Below are positions 38,780-50,199 of a stretch of DNA of 64,000 nt, in pieces. Below the pieces are notes generated by a model. The model searched no databases. It saw nothing but the letters and a program-made list of their open reading frames with translations, and was not told the DNA's origin. The stretch is from the NCBI GenBank assembly GCA_963752255.1, contig CAVVXT010000007.1, positions 32,001-96,000 on the forward strand, given 5' to 3'. The stretch is from Nitrososphaeria archaeon (GTDB taxonomy: Archaea > Thermoproteota > Nitrososphaeria > JACIWG01). Numbering within the stretch: the first letter of the stretch is position 1; each line of letters opens with the position of its first letter. The position numbers were made by a program, and so were the translations under genes.

Positions 38780-38912
38780 ATTGTTTTATAAAAGTTATGT
38801 ATTTTTGACTAGGTCTTCTATGCAGAGAATTTTCTTGGAGGATAGACTGTAGATGAAGTAGTCCAGCTGACGGCCCTTCACTTAGACAAATATTAACCTC
38901 AAAGCGTTAAAG

Positions 38913-38987
38913 CGGGCCCGGTGGGATTTGAACCCACGACCTACAGCTTAGGAGGCTGCCGCGCTATCCATTCTGCGCTACGAGCCC
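38913..38987 (-). tRNA. tRNA-Arg(CCT)
   Basis: GGGCTCG acceptor; GCAGC-CT-CCT-AA-GCTGT. Confidence 0.94.
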
Positions 38988-39480
38988 AACGATAAACCAA
39001 CAAGTATGGTCTTAAATTCTTTGTCATTAAAGGAGTTTAGTGTGATGACATGTTATTGAATAATTCTCCAACGATCAATCTGCCTTTAACGCCTTCAAAC
39101 AATTTGAAAGAGGGTACTTTTTCCAATTTGTAGAGTTTCACCAGTTGTTCTTCACTGTTATTAGATGTTCTTAGCCAAAGCGTTTAATATATCTTTAATA
39201 AAACAATTTTGAATAAAGAAATGTAGATCATTTATTCAAATAATATAGGGTAGAATGTCATAAAATTATTCTTTGATTCCTTAACTATGCTTGAAGACGG
39301 AAAAAACTATTATTAGGGCTTGTTTAGAAAGGTCGGATTGTAGTTTTCTGCTTGAGAAATAGTAAACAGAAGACAAGCTTCTAACTTTCAATTTCTTACT
39401 TTTTATCTAACTAAACTAATCTTATTCAAATTAAGGCAAAATATAAATATTAATTTTAACAAAACACAAGTCTGATTTTA

Positions 39481-40083
39481 ATGGCTGAAGGTTGGAAGTC
39501 TAGAAGGTATAAAAGAAGAGGATGGCAGTTCTTTGGAAACTGGTTTATTGTAGATATAGACGAAATGTTCAAGGAAACAGAGAAGATCATGGAAGACGAA
39601 TTCAAAGAGCTGTCTATGAAGGCTCCTAAAAACCTTGTAAGAGAAAGGATGCTTCCAGACGGGACTAAAGTGAAAGAATGGGGGCCCTTCGTCTACGGGT
39701 ATAGTATTACAGTCGACTCCAATGGGAAGCCTAAGGTCAAGGAATTTGGTAACATAAAGGTGGAAAGAGAAGATGAAAGGCCTCTATTAGATGTAACAGA
39801 GAAAAGAGAGCCTCTACTTGATGTCATAGCTTTAGAGAAGGATGTCAGAGTTATCGCAGAGCTTCCTGGTGTGCAAAAAGAGGAAATAAAACTCAAAGTT
39901 TCTGAGAACATGTTAACTATTTCAGTTGACACACCACAGCGGAAGTTCTTCAAGGAAATAGATTTGCCTTCAAAAGTGGAACCTGAAAAGGCTAAGTTAA
40001 CATATAAAAATGGTATCTTGGAAGTTACTCTGTCAAAGAAAGGAGAAAGAGAATCAGAAGGAGTACCTATAAACATAGAATAA
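39481..40083 (+). CDS. hsp20: Archaeal small heat shock protein Hsp20
   Basis: GPFVYGYS..GKP...EFGN, AELPGV, YKNGILEV. Confidence 0.93.
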   Translation: MAEGWKSRRYKRRGWQFFGNWFIVDIDEMFKETEKIMEDEFKELSMKAPKNLVRERMLPDGTKVKEWGPFVYGYSITVDSNGKPKVKEFGNIKVEREDERPLLDVTEKREPLLDVIALEKDVRVIAELPGVQKEEIKLKVSENMLTISVDTPQRKFFKEIDLPSKVEPEKAKLTYKNGILEVTLSKKGERESEGVPINIE

Positions 40084-40147
40084 GGAACGGCCCTATTTTT
40101 TTTATAAAAAGAATTGAGAACGCTGTTATAATGTTAATTTTTTGCGT

Positions 40148-40375
40148 TTACCAAGCTTCAAGCAAGGTTTCTGTACTTCTTACACCATCTATAAGGTGAA
40201 CTCTTGCTATAACATCTAGTACATTGTCAAAGTCGTTTGCTTCTATGAACACAACCATGTCCACTCTACCGAAAGTTTGAAAAACTTTTTTGATTCCTCT
40301 GATTTTGCTTACTTCCTCTTGTATTGAGTTACCTTTAACAGGTACGGTCTTGACTAATAGACAGGCTTTAAGCAT
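40148..40375 (-). CDS. Stand-alone Lrp/AsnC ligand-binding (RAM) domain
   Basis: FGRVD, GVRSTETL. Confidence 0.85.
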   Translation of the reverse strand: MLKACLLVKTVPVKGNSIQEEVSKIRGIKKVFQTFGRVDMVVFIEANDFDNVLDVIARVHLIDGVRSTETLLEAW

Positions 40376-40605
40376 TAGTTCTCAATCTCCACAAGGGTTT
40401 CGGTAAACACTACTCCGGCTATGTTACTAATCTTGATCACATTTCTACCAAGTTCCTTTCCGTTCGAGGTTATAAGGTGGACTACGACGTCATACCTTCC
40501 GAGAACAGGGTATGTGTCTACAACGGTTTCTATGCTCTTTATTCTTTCTATGACGTCTATGAATTTGCCCTTCTCAGTCCTTATCAATATACATGCGTCT
40601 ACCAT
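40375..40605 (-). CDS. Stand-alone Lrp/AsnC ligand-binding (RAM) domain
   Basis: LGRYD, GVVFTETL; start placed at MVDACIL. Confidence 0.82.
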   Translation of the reverse strand: MVDACILIRTEKGKFIDVIERIKSIETVVDTYPVLGRYDVVVHLITSNGKELGRNVIKISNIAGVVFTETLVEIEN

Positions 40606-40702
40606 AACGTCTCCAAAAATTATAGTGTTCTGCCATATATAAGATTTTAGAACCGATCTAGAAATATTTGTGTGCACCTTTAAAAAGGTGGTTTAGACTT
40701 TC

Positions 40703-42562
40703 CTATATGTCAAGGACTGCTTGATCAAGTATTTTTTGACTTGGTTTTCCTGTGATTGGGTCTAGTTCTCTTGCGGTATAGAATTCTGGGAGCATTTCAT
40801 CTATTTGGCAAGATAGCCCTTTTGCTGCACCATCGGGCACAGACTCTTTGGTGAATCTTTTAGGTAGCCTATCATCTTCGGGTGTTAAGCCCAGTTTGAT
40901 GTTTAAAAGACGCTCCAAATACCATATTCTATCTCCGATCTTCAAGATCGTGTCCTTGTCTTCTTTTCTCCCTGTTACTGCGTTGAAAGTTTCTGCAATA
41001 TGGTTGAAGTCGGTGACGCCGAATACGCCGAACTTGCACATTCCGATCGAGTCAACGAATGTGCAGAGACTCTGGTGGATAACCTCAACCTTAGTCTTCG
41101 AATTGATATCTTTTGGAGCGGTTTCAATTCCGTATTCAGGTAAGAGTATGTTCCTTTCTACGAGCATTCCCATTCCCTGCAGATGTGAGCCACCTATACT
41201 CGATACAGCATAGAGTACACCCATCGTAGTGAAGAGCCTGGGATTATGCATAGCAACCTCTAAGCCCTTAGTATGTATGGCAAAGTTTTCGCTGCCCTTT
41301 CCAACTTTCTTCGAAGCTTCCCTGACGCCTTCAGAAAGCAAGATACCGATTCCTTCTTTATAGGCCATCATACCGATCAAGGTTATCATCGCATCTGCGT
41401 CACCCCATTTTAGGGGAAAACCTATGTCAGCATCTTTCAAGACACCCTTATCGTAAGCTTCCATGGCCCATGCAATAATGGCGCCAGCTGATATCGTGTC
41501 CAAGCCTAAATCATCACAGAGATCATTAGCTCTGATTATTGCTTCAATGTTGTCAACGAGCGTCATGGAACCAAGTGAAGCTAGAGTCTCATATTCTGGC
41601 CCTTTACCCATCGATTCACCATACCTTGAATCCTCCATTTTTATCCTTCTCTCACATTGTATTGTACAGAATACGCTTTCTCCACACGTCTTCATTCCAC
41701 CGTCAAGCTTGTACTTTTCCATAAAAACTTGAGAAGTTATCTTTTCAGCGCCGAGCCAGTTACCTAAAGACCAATTTTTGATGGGAAGATTACCATTCTG
41801 AAGACCACTGATAATGCCGCCACCGGTTCCGTATGCTTTAAGTCCACCACCTCTTGATGTAGCAGGGGCTTCGATAAGATACTTCTTATTCAATTCAATA
41901 AGCTTCTTTTCGTCAGCGACAACAACCTTTTTATTACCCGATACCGCTATAGCCTTAAGCAACTTAGAGCCCATGACAGCTCCGACGCCTGTACGTCCGA
42001 AAGCACGTCGCTCATCGGTTATTATCGAAGCTTCTTTGACGAGGTTTTCTCCAGCAGGGCCGATTACAGCAATTCTAGCCTTCTGATCGCCTAGGCTTTC
42101 CTTCACCGCTTTGCATGTATCGAACACTCCCTCGCCCCATATATTTGATGCGTCACATATTTCCGGAGAACCATCTATTATCGAGAGAAATATCGGCCTC
42201 TTCGCTTTACCCTTTATGATTATCCCATCGTATCCAGCCTTTTTTAGGACAGGACCAAAGGAGCCGCCTGCAGCTGACTTTCCTATAAAACCAGTTAGAG
42301 GCGACCTTGTCACAACAAGAATCTTTGGCGATGTAGCGGCTAGACCAGTTAAAGGTCCTGCCATAAATATCAGAGGGTTCTCTTGAGAAAGTGGATCAGT
42401 ATTCTCGTCTATAAAATCGTATAGAATCCTGGTCGCGTAGCCACCCCCTCCAACATAGAGCTCTACCCATTTACTATTCAGTTCAAGTTTTTTGAATGAC
42501 TCCTTCTCCAAATCTACCTCAAGTATTTTTCCCGCATAACCATTATGATTATGCGCTTTCAT
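40703..42562 (-). CDS. aor: Tungsten aldehyde:ferredoxin oxidoreductase family protein
   Basis: GYAGKIL, SPLTG, GPAGE, GAVMGSK, GPEYET, GLDTIS, DDRLP. Confidence 0.93.
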   Translation of the reverse strand: MKAHNHNGYAGKILEVDLEKESFKKLELNSKWVELYVGGGGYATRILYDFIDENTDPLSQENPLIFMAGPLTGLAATSPKILVVTRSPLTGFIGKSAAGGSFGPVLKKAGYDGIIIKGKAKRPIFLSIIDGSPEICDASNIWGEGVFDTCKAVKESLGDQKARIAVIGPAGENLVKEASIITDERRAFGRTGVGAVMGSKLLKAIAVSGNKKVVVADEKKLIELNKKYLIEAPATSRGGGLKAYGTGGGIISGLQNGNLPIKNWSLGNWLGAEKITSQVFMEKYKLDGGMKTCGESVFCTIQCERRIKMEDSRYGESMGKGPEYETLASLGSMTLVDNIEAIIRANDLCDDLGLDTISAGAIIAWAMEAYDKGVLKDADIGFPLKWGDADAMITLIGMMAYKEGIGILLSEGVREASKKVGKGSENFAIHTKGLEVAMHNPRLFTTMGVLYAVSSIGGSHLQGMGMLVERNILLPEYGIETAPKDINSKTKVEVIHQSLCTFVDSIGMCKFGVFGVTDFNHIAETFNAVTGRKEDKDTILKIGDRIWYLERLLNIKLGLTPEDDRLPKRFTKESVPDGAAKGLSCQIDEMLPEFYTARELDPITGKPSQKILDQAVLDI

Positions 42563-42567
42563 TCTTC

Positions 42568-42804
42568 TTAGCCGCCTTCGACTAACGGTAGAATCCAAAG
42601 CTCGTCTACGTCTGATACTTCTGCGTTTGATTTTACAATCTTCATCTTATTGATTGATAGGACATAATCGTCAAGAGGTACCCCAGACAGTTCTTTTATG
42701 TCTCTGATGCATAACTTGCCGTCTAGCTTTACTTCTTTTTCCTTAAAGCCTAACTTCTCACAAAGTGGGCTAAATACTTTAAGCTTCATTCTGTTATCCT
42801 CCAC
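42568..42804 (-). CDS. MoaD/ThiS ubiquitin-like sulfur carrier
   Basis: C-terminal GG; directly upstream of AOR. Confidence 0.85.
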   Translation of the reverse strand: MEDNRMKLKVFSPLCEKLGFKEKEVKLDGKLCIRDIKELSGVPLDDYVLSINKMKIVKSNAEVSDVDELWILPLVEGG

Positions 42805-42904
42805 ATATTAGAGATATCCAAACATGATTTTTAACCTTTAATCTTCTCGACACTAACATATACAACTTCTAATATATGCTATTCCTGAATCAAGGCAGGT
42901 TATA

Positions 42905-43327
42905 CTACTTCCTTTTACTGAAATATTCTTTAGCTTTATCAAAAGCTGGCTGAGCCTGTGCTGAAGGTTTCATGGGGGGGACGAAGACACAGTAAATAGT
43001 CATCTTTGACTTCGATGAGTTCCTAACTTGATGCTGTACACCGGCGTGTGCGTAGATCAAGGAGCCTCCGGAAACAGGAGTAACCTTTTCTTTTCCATTA
43101 ACAATCTCAATAGCATTACCTCTTCCTTTTACCACGAGTATAATTTCATCGCCTTCATGGGTGTGCAAGCTCGTTGAACCTTTAGGCTCGAAAGTGACAA
43201 ACAAAACGGTTGCCTTGTCGCTACCGTTAATGTCTGGATGAAGTGCAACCCTATACTCTCTCGGGTTCGGTGGTGCTAACGAAACTCGAGGGATATCCTT
43301 TGTATATATTACAACCATATTAATCAA
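42905..43327 (-). CDS. Cupin domain protein
   Basis: HTH..DE....G, G..H..RN. Confidence 0.88.
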   Translation of the reverse strand: MINMVVIYTKDIPRVSLAPPNPREYRVALHPDINGSDKATVLFVTFEPKGSTSLHTHEGDEIILVVKGRGNAIEIVNGKEKVTPVSGGSLIYAHAGVQHQVRNSSKSKMTIYCVFVPPMKPSAQAQPAFDKAKEYFSKRK

Positions 43328-43426
43328 ACGGAACTCTACTTTAAATGTATATAAACAATTTGATAGGTTTGCCAGCGGATAAAAGACATATTAAGTTCCT
43401 GATGATGCTGCATGCTTTAGATTTGC

Positions 43427-44752
43427 TTGAGCCAAGAAAAAGATGTGGATAAACAACTTAAAGATAAGGCTATAGAACGACACCTATTCTACCGCGGAAA
43501 GATAGAAATCGTGCCAAAATGCTGGATTTCGAGTTTAGATGATTTTTCTATATGGTATACTCCAGGAGTCGCTGCGGTATGTAACGAAATATTAAAAGAC
43601 AAGGAGAGATCCTTTGACTACACATTAAGGTGGAATACAATCGCCGTCGTATCAGACGGCACACGTGTCTTGGGTCTTGGGAACATAGGCCCAGAAGCGG
43701 CAATTCCCGTTATGGAAGGCAAGGCGCTCATCTTCAAGTACTTGGGTGGTGTTGACGCTGTGCCAATCTGTCTGAACACGCGAGATGAAGATAAGATCGT
43801 GGAGATCGTAAAGTTCATGGAACCTTCCTTTGGTGGAATAAACTTGGAGGACATCGAAAAGCCTAAATGCTTCTCAGTTCTCGAAAGGCTGAAGAAACAG
43901 CTGTCTATACCCGTTTGGCACGATGACCAGCAAGGATCAGCAACTGTAATATGCGCTGGACTAATGAACGCGCTTAAGCTTGCAGGAAAAAAAATGAAGG
44001 ATGCCAAGATAACGATGATTGGTGCTGGTGCAGCTAACTATAGCGTAGAAAGACTAATCGTCAAAGCAGGAATTGATGAAAAGGAGATCGTTATGGTTGA
44101 TAGCAAAGGAATCCTGAACGACTCAAGAAAGGATCTTGAAGCAAATGAGCCATACAAGTGGAAATTATGTTTGAAGACAAACGGTGAGAGAAAAACCGGA
44201 GATATTGCCAAGGCATTAAATGGCGCTGACGTCTGTATCGCTATGTCAAGGCCGGGACCTGGGATCATAAAGAAAGAATGGATTAAAGGGATGAACAACA
44301 AAGCTATTGTTTTCTCGTGTGCAAATCCCGTTCCAGAAATTTGGCCTCATGAATCAAAGGAAGCAGGAGCCTTTATCATAGCCACCGCTAGAGGCGACTT
44401 CCCCAATCAACTAAACAACTCCCTCGTATTTCCAGGAATCTTCAGGGGAGCTCTTGATGTTAGGGCAAAGAGCATTTCAGATGGAATGTGCTTAGCTTCA
44501 GCAAGAGAAATAGCAAAGATGGCTGAAGATAATGGGCTGACTCCGGAGTATATTGTACCAACGATGGAAGAATGGGAAGTCTACCCAAGACAGGCCGCTG
44601 CAGTGGCATACCAGGCAACAGTAGAAGGACTTGCTAGAGTCAAAATTACCCAACAAGAAGAGCTTAGAAGCGCTAAGGAGTTAATCCTTTCTTCCAGAAA
44701 GAAGCTTGAGGTGTTAAAGGAAGCTGGTCTAATCTCTAAGCCTCAAAATTAG
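43427..44752 (+). CDS. NAD(P)-dependent malic enzyme
   Basis: YTPGVA, VMEGKA, NLEDI, HDDQQG, GAGAA, ANPVPEI. Confidence 0.94.
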   Translation: MSQEKDVDKQLKDKAIERHLFYRGKIEIVPKCWISSLDDFSIWYTPGVAAVCNEILKDKERSFDYTLRWNTIAVVSDGTRVLGLGNIGPEAAIPVMEGKALIFKYLGGVDAVPICLNTRDEDKIVEIVKFMEPSFGGINLEDIEKPKCFSVLERLKKQLSIPVWHDDQQGSATVICAGLMNALKLAGKKMKDAKITMIGAGAANYSVERLIVKAGIDEKEIVMVDSKGILNDSRKDLEANEPYKWKLCLKTNGERKTGDIAKALNGADVCIAMSRPGPGIIKKEWIKGMNNKAIVFSCANPVPEIWPHESKEAGAFIIATARGDFPNQLNNSLVFPGIFRGALDVRAKSISDGMCLASAREIAKMAEDNGLTPEYIVPTMEEWEVYPRQAAAVAYQATVEGLARVKITQQEELRSAKELILSSRKKLEVLKEAGLISKPQN

Positions 44753-44770
44753 CGGCTGAGAATAATAAAG

Positions 44771-44797
44771 GAGAATTAGTCTAATTCCTCTCTTTTT
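44771..44797 (+). terminator. Hairpin plus pyrimidine tract after the malic enzyme gene
   Basis: GAATTAG-T-CTAATTC followed by CTCTCTTTTT. Confidence 0.4.
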
Positions 44798-44939
44798 CCA
44801 CATGTTAGCCTTAATTTACGACCTGATATTTTACAACATAAACTTAACGAGTTCACTCTCATCGAGATTATGCAGGAAACACGTGAAATATGTTGGAAAT
44901 GAAATGGAGACAATCAATTTTTAAAAAAATCTTCCTGTT

Positions 44940-45281
44940 TTACGTGAGCTGTTTGGAAACAGTCATCTTTTTGATTTCTTGCACGGCCGTTGCGAAATTC
45001 ATATCAGATTCCGAAATTTCCATATCTATCTTTGAAAACATTTCAGTCACGATGGCTCTTAATAAAATGTTTGACCCGTATCCGAAGAGTGCGCTTAAGA
45101 AAGATTCAAATTCTTTTGGGTGATCCGACACTTCCTCGAAAGATTTTAGATTATAGTTCTTCATAAAATGTATTATTATGGCTTTTTTAGCGTTTTCACC
45201 AAGAATTGATAGAGATGATTCAACTGACTCGGTCACCAAGCGCCTGAATTGTTGGCTATCCAAAATAAAGCACCTATTCAT
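44940..45281 (-). CDS. Hypothetical protein (DUF3227-like small helical domain)
   Basis: LSILGE..K..I, P.EF...L..LFG.G pattern. Confidence 0.6.
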   Translation of the reverse strand: MNRCFILDSQQFRRLVTESVESSLSILGENAKKAIIIHFMKNYNLKSFEEVSDHPKEFESFLSALFGYGSNILLRAIVTEMFSKIDMEISESDMNFATAVQEIKKMTVSKQLT

Positions 45282-45573
45282 CAGCTTTGAGGAGATATCG
45301 ACCTAAACATCCTCTTTTTTCTCCTCTGTAAACAAAGTGTCAACAAAGTAATAATGAAACCCAAATGTCGTCGAATTCATAGATATTTTTTTCCTCGTTT
45401 GTTGATAGTGCCTTTTTATTGTATATAAATATTTTTATAAGGAAGCAGCTAATCTAAAGCTTATTCTAACGATTTTTATCCAATTTGTTTGAGGAAAGAT
45501 TTATGGAATTATATGTGAACTATTAAAAATCTGTTGATGAAATAATAGATGATTGAAAGTTTACTTTGAAGAT

Positions 45574-45960
45574 TCAGAGATGAGTTGGTTTACCCTTCGA
45601 TATTGTCCCAGATGGAATAAACTTCTCAAACATTTTAAGGAAGTTTGTGTCTTCATTCACCTTCCTTAGATCATCTGGTAGCATGACAGGTATTTCTTCA
45701 GTTATCGGAAACCATCTACCACAATTTGTGCACAAGATCATACCCCATTTTATCTTGGCTGCAAGACACTTTTTACAGTCTTCTAATAGCAAATTTTTGT
45801 CTTTTTCGGATGATTTAATGTTGTTGTAAGAGCAAAACATTCCGCATGTTTCTTTAGGTTCTTCATATTGTGTTTGTTCAACCTTCTCGAATACATGCAG
45901 TTCTAGCGGATAGTTCTTGCACACAGGACATATGAGGATATCCATTAATCTGTACCTCAT
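45574..45960 (-). CDS. Trm112 family methyltransferase activator
   Basis: LMDILICPVCK..PL, C..CGRWFPI...IPVML. Confidence 0.9.
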   Translation of the reverse strand: MRYRLMDILICPVCKNYPLELHVFEKVEQTQYEEPKETCGMFCSYNNIKSSEKDKNLLLEDCKKCLAAKIKWGMILCTNCGRWFPITEEIPVMLPDDLRKVNEDTNFLKMFEKFIPSGTISKGKPTHL

Positions 45961-47369
45961 GTTATACTCACCGTCTTGTATGATAGAGGTTCGTCTATAG
46001 GACGTTCTTTAACCAGATTTACAGCCTCTGTAAGCGAGTTTACAACAAGGTTTTCAATTCTATCCAGACAACGTTGGTTTCTTGCTTCTGTAGTAGTCTT
46101 TATCTGCGGTAAAGTATTAGATGCCCTGATTATGAACCAACCGTCATCCAAGTCTACTCTGACACCGTCTATTGTTAAAGCGTTGTAGCCTTCTCTAACA
46201 AACTTTTCTTGCAGCTTAGCTATTGCAGCGAACTTGATTCCTTCTGGGATATCATATACCTTTCTTCTTGTAAAATATTTTGGTAAGGAATCAACAAGTG
46301 TCGAAAATTTTTCATCAGATTCCGAAAGTAATTGTGCAACCTTTAATGTAGCAAATATCGCGTCATCAGCGCCATACACATCTCTAAAATAGAGATGGCC
46401 AGAAATTTCGCCTCCCATATACGCATTCTCATTAATCATCTTCTCCAAGATGAACGAATGTCCAACCTTCGACACAATCGATATGACCCCACTTTCTCTG
46501 GCAACGTCGTCGAGTAGCTTTGAACAGCTCACCTCGTAGACGATCTTCTCACCAGGTGACTTTATGTAATGCCTAACAAAAATAGCGAGCATCTTGTCTC
46601 CTTCAATAATTCTCCCCTTATCATCCAAGAAGACCGCACGATCACCATCGCCATCGTATCCTATTCCAAAATCATAGCTTCCAGTTACCAAGGGGATCTT
46701 AAGGGGCTTTAAAGATTCATCATTTGGCTCAGGAGACCGAGAAGGAAAAGTACCATCAGGATAGTTATTCATTGCCTCAACGTCCAAACCAGCTTTTTCC
46801 AATATCTTGTCAGCAAACAGTGAGCAACAGCCATTGCCCATGTCCATGAGAATGCGAAGACGGCGAGATATCTTGACTTTGCTAAGAACGAAGTCCTGAA
46901 AATCGCGAAATATGATTTTACTCCAATCTTTAATCCTACCAGATGGAGCTTCATTGTACATGCCCTTTACGGCAATATCTTTGATTTTTTCCAGCCCCAT
47001 ACCCCAACCGCAGAGCATACTCTTCTCTTTACAAAGTTTAAGACCATTCCATTCAGGAGGATTATGGCTCGCACTAACAACAGCACCTCCATCAAGACCA
47101 TAATGCGATATCGCAAAATATACCGTTGGGGTAGGTACAAGACCAACGTCATGAACATTAACGCCAACAGAAAGCATTCCTTTTATAAAAGCTTCCTTCA
47201 GAGATGGGCTGCTTACTCTCACATCATTTCCTACAGCAACATTTTTTCCCACACCCCCTAAGTAAGTCCCATGAGCTTTACCGATAACCTCAAAAACTCC
47301 TTCGTCGAGGTCAACATCATATAAACCTCGAATGTCGTACGCTCGGAAGATCTTATCCGTTATATTCAT
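45957..47369 (-). CDS. Phosphomannomutase/phosphoglucomutase
   Basis: FRAYDIRG, SASHNP, DGDGDR, GEISGH, RASNT. Confidence 0.95.
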   Translation of the reverse strand: MNITDKIFRAYDIRGLYDVDLDEGVFEVIGKAHGTYLGGVGKNVAVGNDVRVSSPSLKEAFIKGMLSVGVNVHDVGLVPTPTVYFAISHYGLDGGAVVSASHNPPEWNGLKLCKEKSMLCGWGMGLEKIKDIAVKGMYNEAPSGRIKDWSKIIFRDFQDFVLSKVKISRRLRILMDMGNGCCSLFADKILEKAGLDVEAMNNYPDGTFPSRSPEPNDESLKPLKIPLVTGSYDFGIGYDGDGDRAVFLDDKGRIIEGDKMLAIFVRHYIKSPGEKIVYEVSCSKLLDDVARESGVISIVSKVGHSFILEKMINENAYMGGEISGHLYFRDVYGADDAIFATLKVAQLLSESDEKFSTLVDSLPKYFTRRKVYDIPEGIKFAAIAKLQEKFVREGYNALTIDGVRVDLDDGWFIIRASNTLPQIKTTTEARNQRCLDRIENLVVNSLTEAVNLVKERPIDEPLSYKTVSIT

Positions 47370-47550
47370 ATATAAAAAAATGGGTATATGATTGTATAAA
47401 AGCTTTTGCGACGCAGACGATATAAATTTGTTTTACATGTAGTCTCATCAAATGTTAGACTCTTTGCTAATAACATGTTGAAGATAGAAGTCTTAAATAG
47501 CGTACTTGGAGACCGGCTAATCTAATTAAAAGCGTTTTGGTGTTGAGATA

Positions 47551-48594
47551 ATGAAAGTTGGAATAGTCGGATATGGCGTATACATTCCTAGATGGAGAAT
47601 CAGAGCCGAAAATATTGCTAAGGTCTGGGGACAAGACGCAGAAGCCATTAAAAAAGGTTTAGGAGTTGAAGAAAAATCGGTGCCTTCAATGGACGAGGAC
47701 ACGGCAACCATAGCTGTTGAGGCGGCTAGGAACGCGATGAAAAGAGCCTGTGATTTAAAGGGCCATGAAATAGGCGCCATATACGTTGGATCTGAATCTC
47801 ATCCTTATGCTGTGAAACCCACAGCTGTGACAGTTGCTGAGGCACTTGGCCTAACACCTAATATTACTGCGGCAGACACAGAATTCGCCTGTAAGGCAGC
47901 TACCGCAGGGATGCAGGCATGTCTTGGACTTGTTAAAGGAGGGTACGTGAGATATGGCATTACAATAGGTGCTGATACAGCACAAAGTGCTCCAGGAGAT
48001 GTCCTCGAATATACAGCTGCGGCAGGCGGAGCTGCATACATAGTTGGCGAAGATAACATTCTAGCAGAAATAGAGGGAACCTGCTCTTATACTCAAGACG
48101 TCCCTGATTTTTGGAGAAGGGAGGGATCATTGTACCCCCGACATGCTGGAAGGTTTACAGGTGAACCTGCATATTTTGAGCATGTCATAAAATGTAGTAA
48201 GAACCTGATGGAGAAACTTAACACAAGCCCCAATGACTACAATTACGTAGTATTCCATATGCCAAATGGAAAGTTTCCTCTAAGAGCAGCAAGCCTCCTT
48301 GGATTTGATGTAAAGAAGGTGCTACCTGGGTTAGTGGTCCAAAATATTGGAAATACCTATTCTGGCTCATCATTACTCGGTCTAGCAGCGGTACTTGATG
48401 AGGCAAAGTCAGGTGACAGAATCCTTATGACATCATATGGCTCAGGAGCTGGATCAGACTCCTTTAGCATAACGGTCAAAGATGCGATAGAGCAAAAGAG
48501 AACCCTTGCACCTCCTGTAAAGTATTACACAAACAAAAAGAGTTACTTAAGCTACTCAATTTATGCAAAAAATAAGAAACTATTTAGAGATTGA
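47551..48594 (+). CDS. Hydroxymethylglutaryl-CoA synthase (archaeal)
   Basis: [30 protein letters not shown]. Confidence 0.95.
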   Translation: MKVGIVGYGVYIPRWRIRAENIAKVWGQDAEAIKKGLGVEEKSVPSMDEDTATIAVEAARNAMKRACDLKGHEIGAIYVGSESHPYAVKPTAVTVAEALGLTPNITAADTEFACKAATAGMQACLGLVKGGYVRYGITIGADTAQSAPGDVLEYTAAAGGAAYIVGEDNILAEIEGTCSYTQDVPDFWRREGSLYPRHAGRFTGEPAYFEHVIKCSKNLMEKLNTSPNDYNYVVFHMPNGKFPLRAASLLGFDVKKVLPGLVVQNIGNTYSGSSLLGLAAVLDEAKSGDRILMTSYGSGAGSDSFSITVKDAIEQKRTLAPPVKYYTNKKSYLSYSIYAKNKKLFRD

Positions 48595-49769
48595 TGGTTA
48601 TGTTCAATAAAAGAGAAGTGGCAATAATATCCGCTGCCTCAACAAAATGTGGAGAACACTGGGATAAAGGGATAAAGGATCTTGCTTGGGAAGCAGGTGT
48701 AAAAGCAGTTGATGAAGCAGGAATAAGCGGCAAGGACATAGAATACCTTGTTGTAGGAAACATGTCAGGAGGAATGTTCGTCGGACAGGAACACATAGGC
48801 GCCTTAGTAGCCGATTTCCTAGGATTAAACCCCATTCCTTCGCTTAGAGTAGAAGCAGCGTGTGCTTCAGGTGGAATCGCATTCTCGCAGGGCTGCCTTG
48901 CCGTAGCCTCAGGGCTCTATGATATAGTTGCAGTTGGAGGGGTAGAGAAAATGACAGACGTTGAACCTGAGCAGGCGACAAGCGTCCTTTCAGGAGCAAT
49001 GGACTTCGAATGGGAAGCCTATTTTGGAGCTACCTTTCCAGGGTTATATGCACTTATGGCCAAAAGATACATGTACGAGTACAATGTTAAAATCGAAACG
49101 CTAGCTAATGTCGCAGTCAAAAATCACTTTCATGGTAGCCTTAATCCTTTAGCTCACTTTAGAAACAAGATAACAGTAGAGGAGGCTTTAATATCACCAA
49201 TAGTAGCAGACCCTTTAAGAAAGTATGATTGTAGCCCGATATCTGATGGAGCAGCGGTAGCAATACTTGCGCCTTTAGAAATTGCAAAAAAGTACACGGA
49301 CACCCCAATAATTGTTAAGGCAAGTGTTCCGGCTTCAGACACACTAAGTCTTCTAAAAAGGAGGGACATTTGCACAATAGACGCGACTGTCTACGCGGCA
49401 AATAAGGCATTCCAACTTGCGCACATGGAAAGGAAAGACATTGATGCTGTAGAAGTACATGACTGCTTCACGATAGCAGAGCTTCTAGCAATTGAGGATT
49501 TAGGCTTCTGTAAGAAAGGAGAGGCGTCGAAGATGGTTAACGAAGGACAGACATACGTAGGAGGAAAGCTTCCAGTAAACATGGACGGTGGACTGAAGGC
49601 ATCAGGACATCCTGTAGGAGCAACCGGTGTCAAGCAGATAGCGGAACTTGTCAAACAATTAAGAGGAGAGGCTGAAAGGGGAAGACAGGTTAATGGGGCT
49701 GAAGTAGGACTAGCTCACAATGTCGGAGGCTCAGGAGGAACAGCTGTTGTCACAATCTTGTCGAGGTAA
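48591..49769 (+). CDS. Acetoacetyl-CoA thiolase (archaeal)
   Basis: [21 protein letters not shown]. Confidence 0.94.
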   Translation: MMVMFNKREVAIISAASTKCGEHWDKGIKDLAWEAGVKAVDEAGISGKDIEYLVVGNMSGGMFVGQEHIGALVADFLGLNPIPSLRVEAACASGGIAFSQGCLAVASGLYDIVAVGGVEKMTDVEPEQATSVLSGAMDFEWEAYFGATFPGLYALMAKRYMYEYNVKIETLANVAVKNHFHGSLNPLAHFRNKITVEEALISPIVADPLRKYDCSPISDGAAVAILAPLEIAKKYTDTPIIVKASVPASDTLSLLKRRDICTIDATVYAANKAFQLAHMERKDIDAVEVHDCFTIAELLAIEDLGFCKKGEASKMVNEGQTYVGGKLPVNMDGGLKASGHPVGATGVKQIAELVKQLRGEAERGRQVNGAEVGLAHNVGGSGGTAVVTILSR

Positions 49770-49779
49770 GGATGATTAG

Positions 49780-50199
49780 ATGAGCACTACAGCAGCGCAC
49801 TGGAGAAGAATGAGGGAGAGGTACAGGTTACTTGGGTCAAAATGTGAAACATGTAGTACAACATTCTTTCCGGCAACAAAGGTCTGCTCGAAATGCAGAA
49901 GAAAAGGAAAGATAGTTCCAATCGAATTCTCTGGGAAGGGCAAGATATTCAGCTATACGATCATACATGCGGCACCTAGGATGTTCGAACAGTACACACC
50001 GGCAATCATAGCACTGGTGGAGCTGGATGAGGGACCTAAAGTGTTATCCCAGATTGTAGACTGCGAACATAATGAACTAAGAATAGGAATGGAAGTTGAA
50101 GCATGCTTTAGAAAACTCTTCGAACAGGATAGAGGTGGAATAATAAGCTATGGCTTTAAGTTCAGACCACTAGGACAATTCTTGGACAAAATACTATGA
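49780..50199 (+). CDS. DUF35 Zn-ribbon/OB-fold scaffold protein
   Basis: CxxC..CxxC, YGFKF; third gene of the HMGCS-thiolase cluster. Confidence 0.92.
   Translation: MSTTAAHWRRMRERYRLLGSKCETCSTTFFPATKVCSKCRRKGKIVPIEFSGKGKIFSYTIIHAAPRMFEQYTPAIIALVELDEGPKVLSQIVDCEHNELRIGMEVEACFRKLFEQDRGGIISYGFKFRPLGQFLDKIL

Noticed and set aside
30134-38941. Inverted ~28-bp identity around the pgi-zwf block as element ends
   Set aside because: Both copies belong to complete tRNA-Arg isoacceptors; paralogy explains the match.
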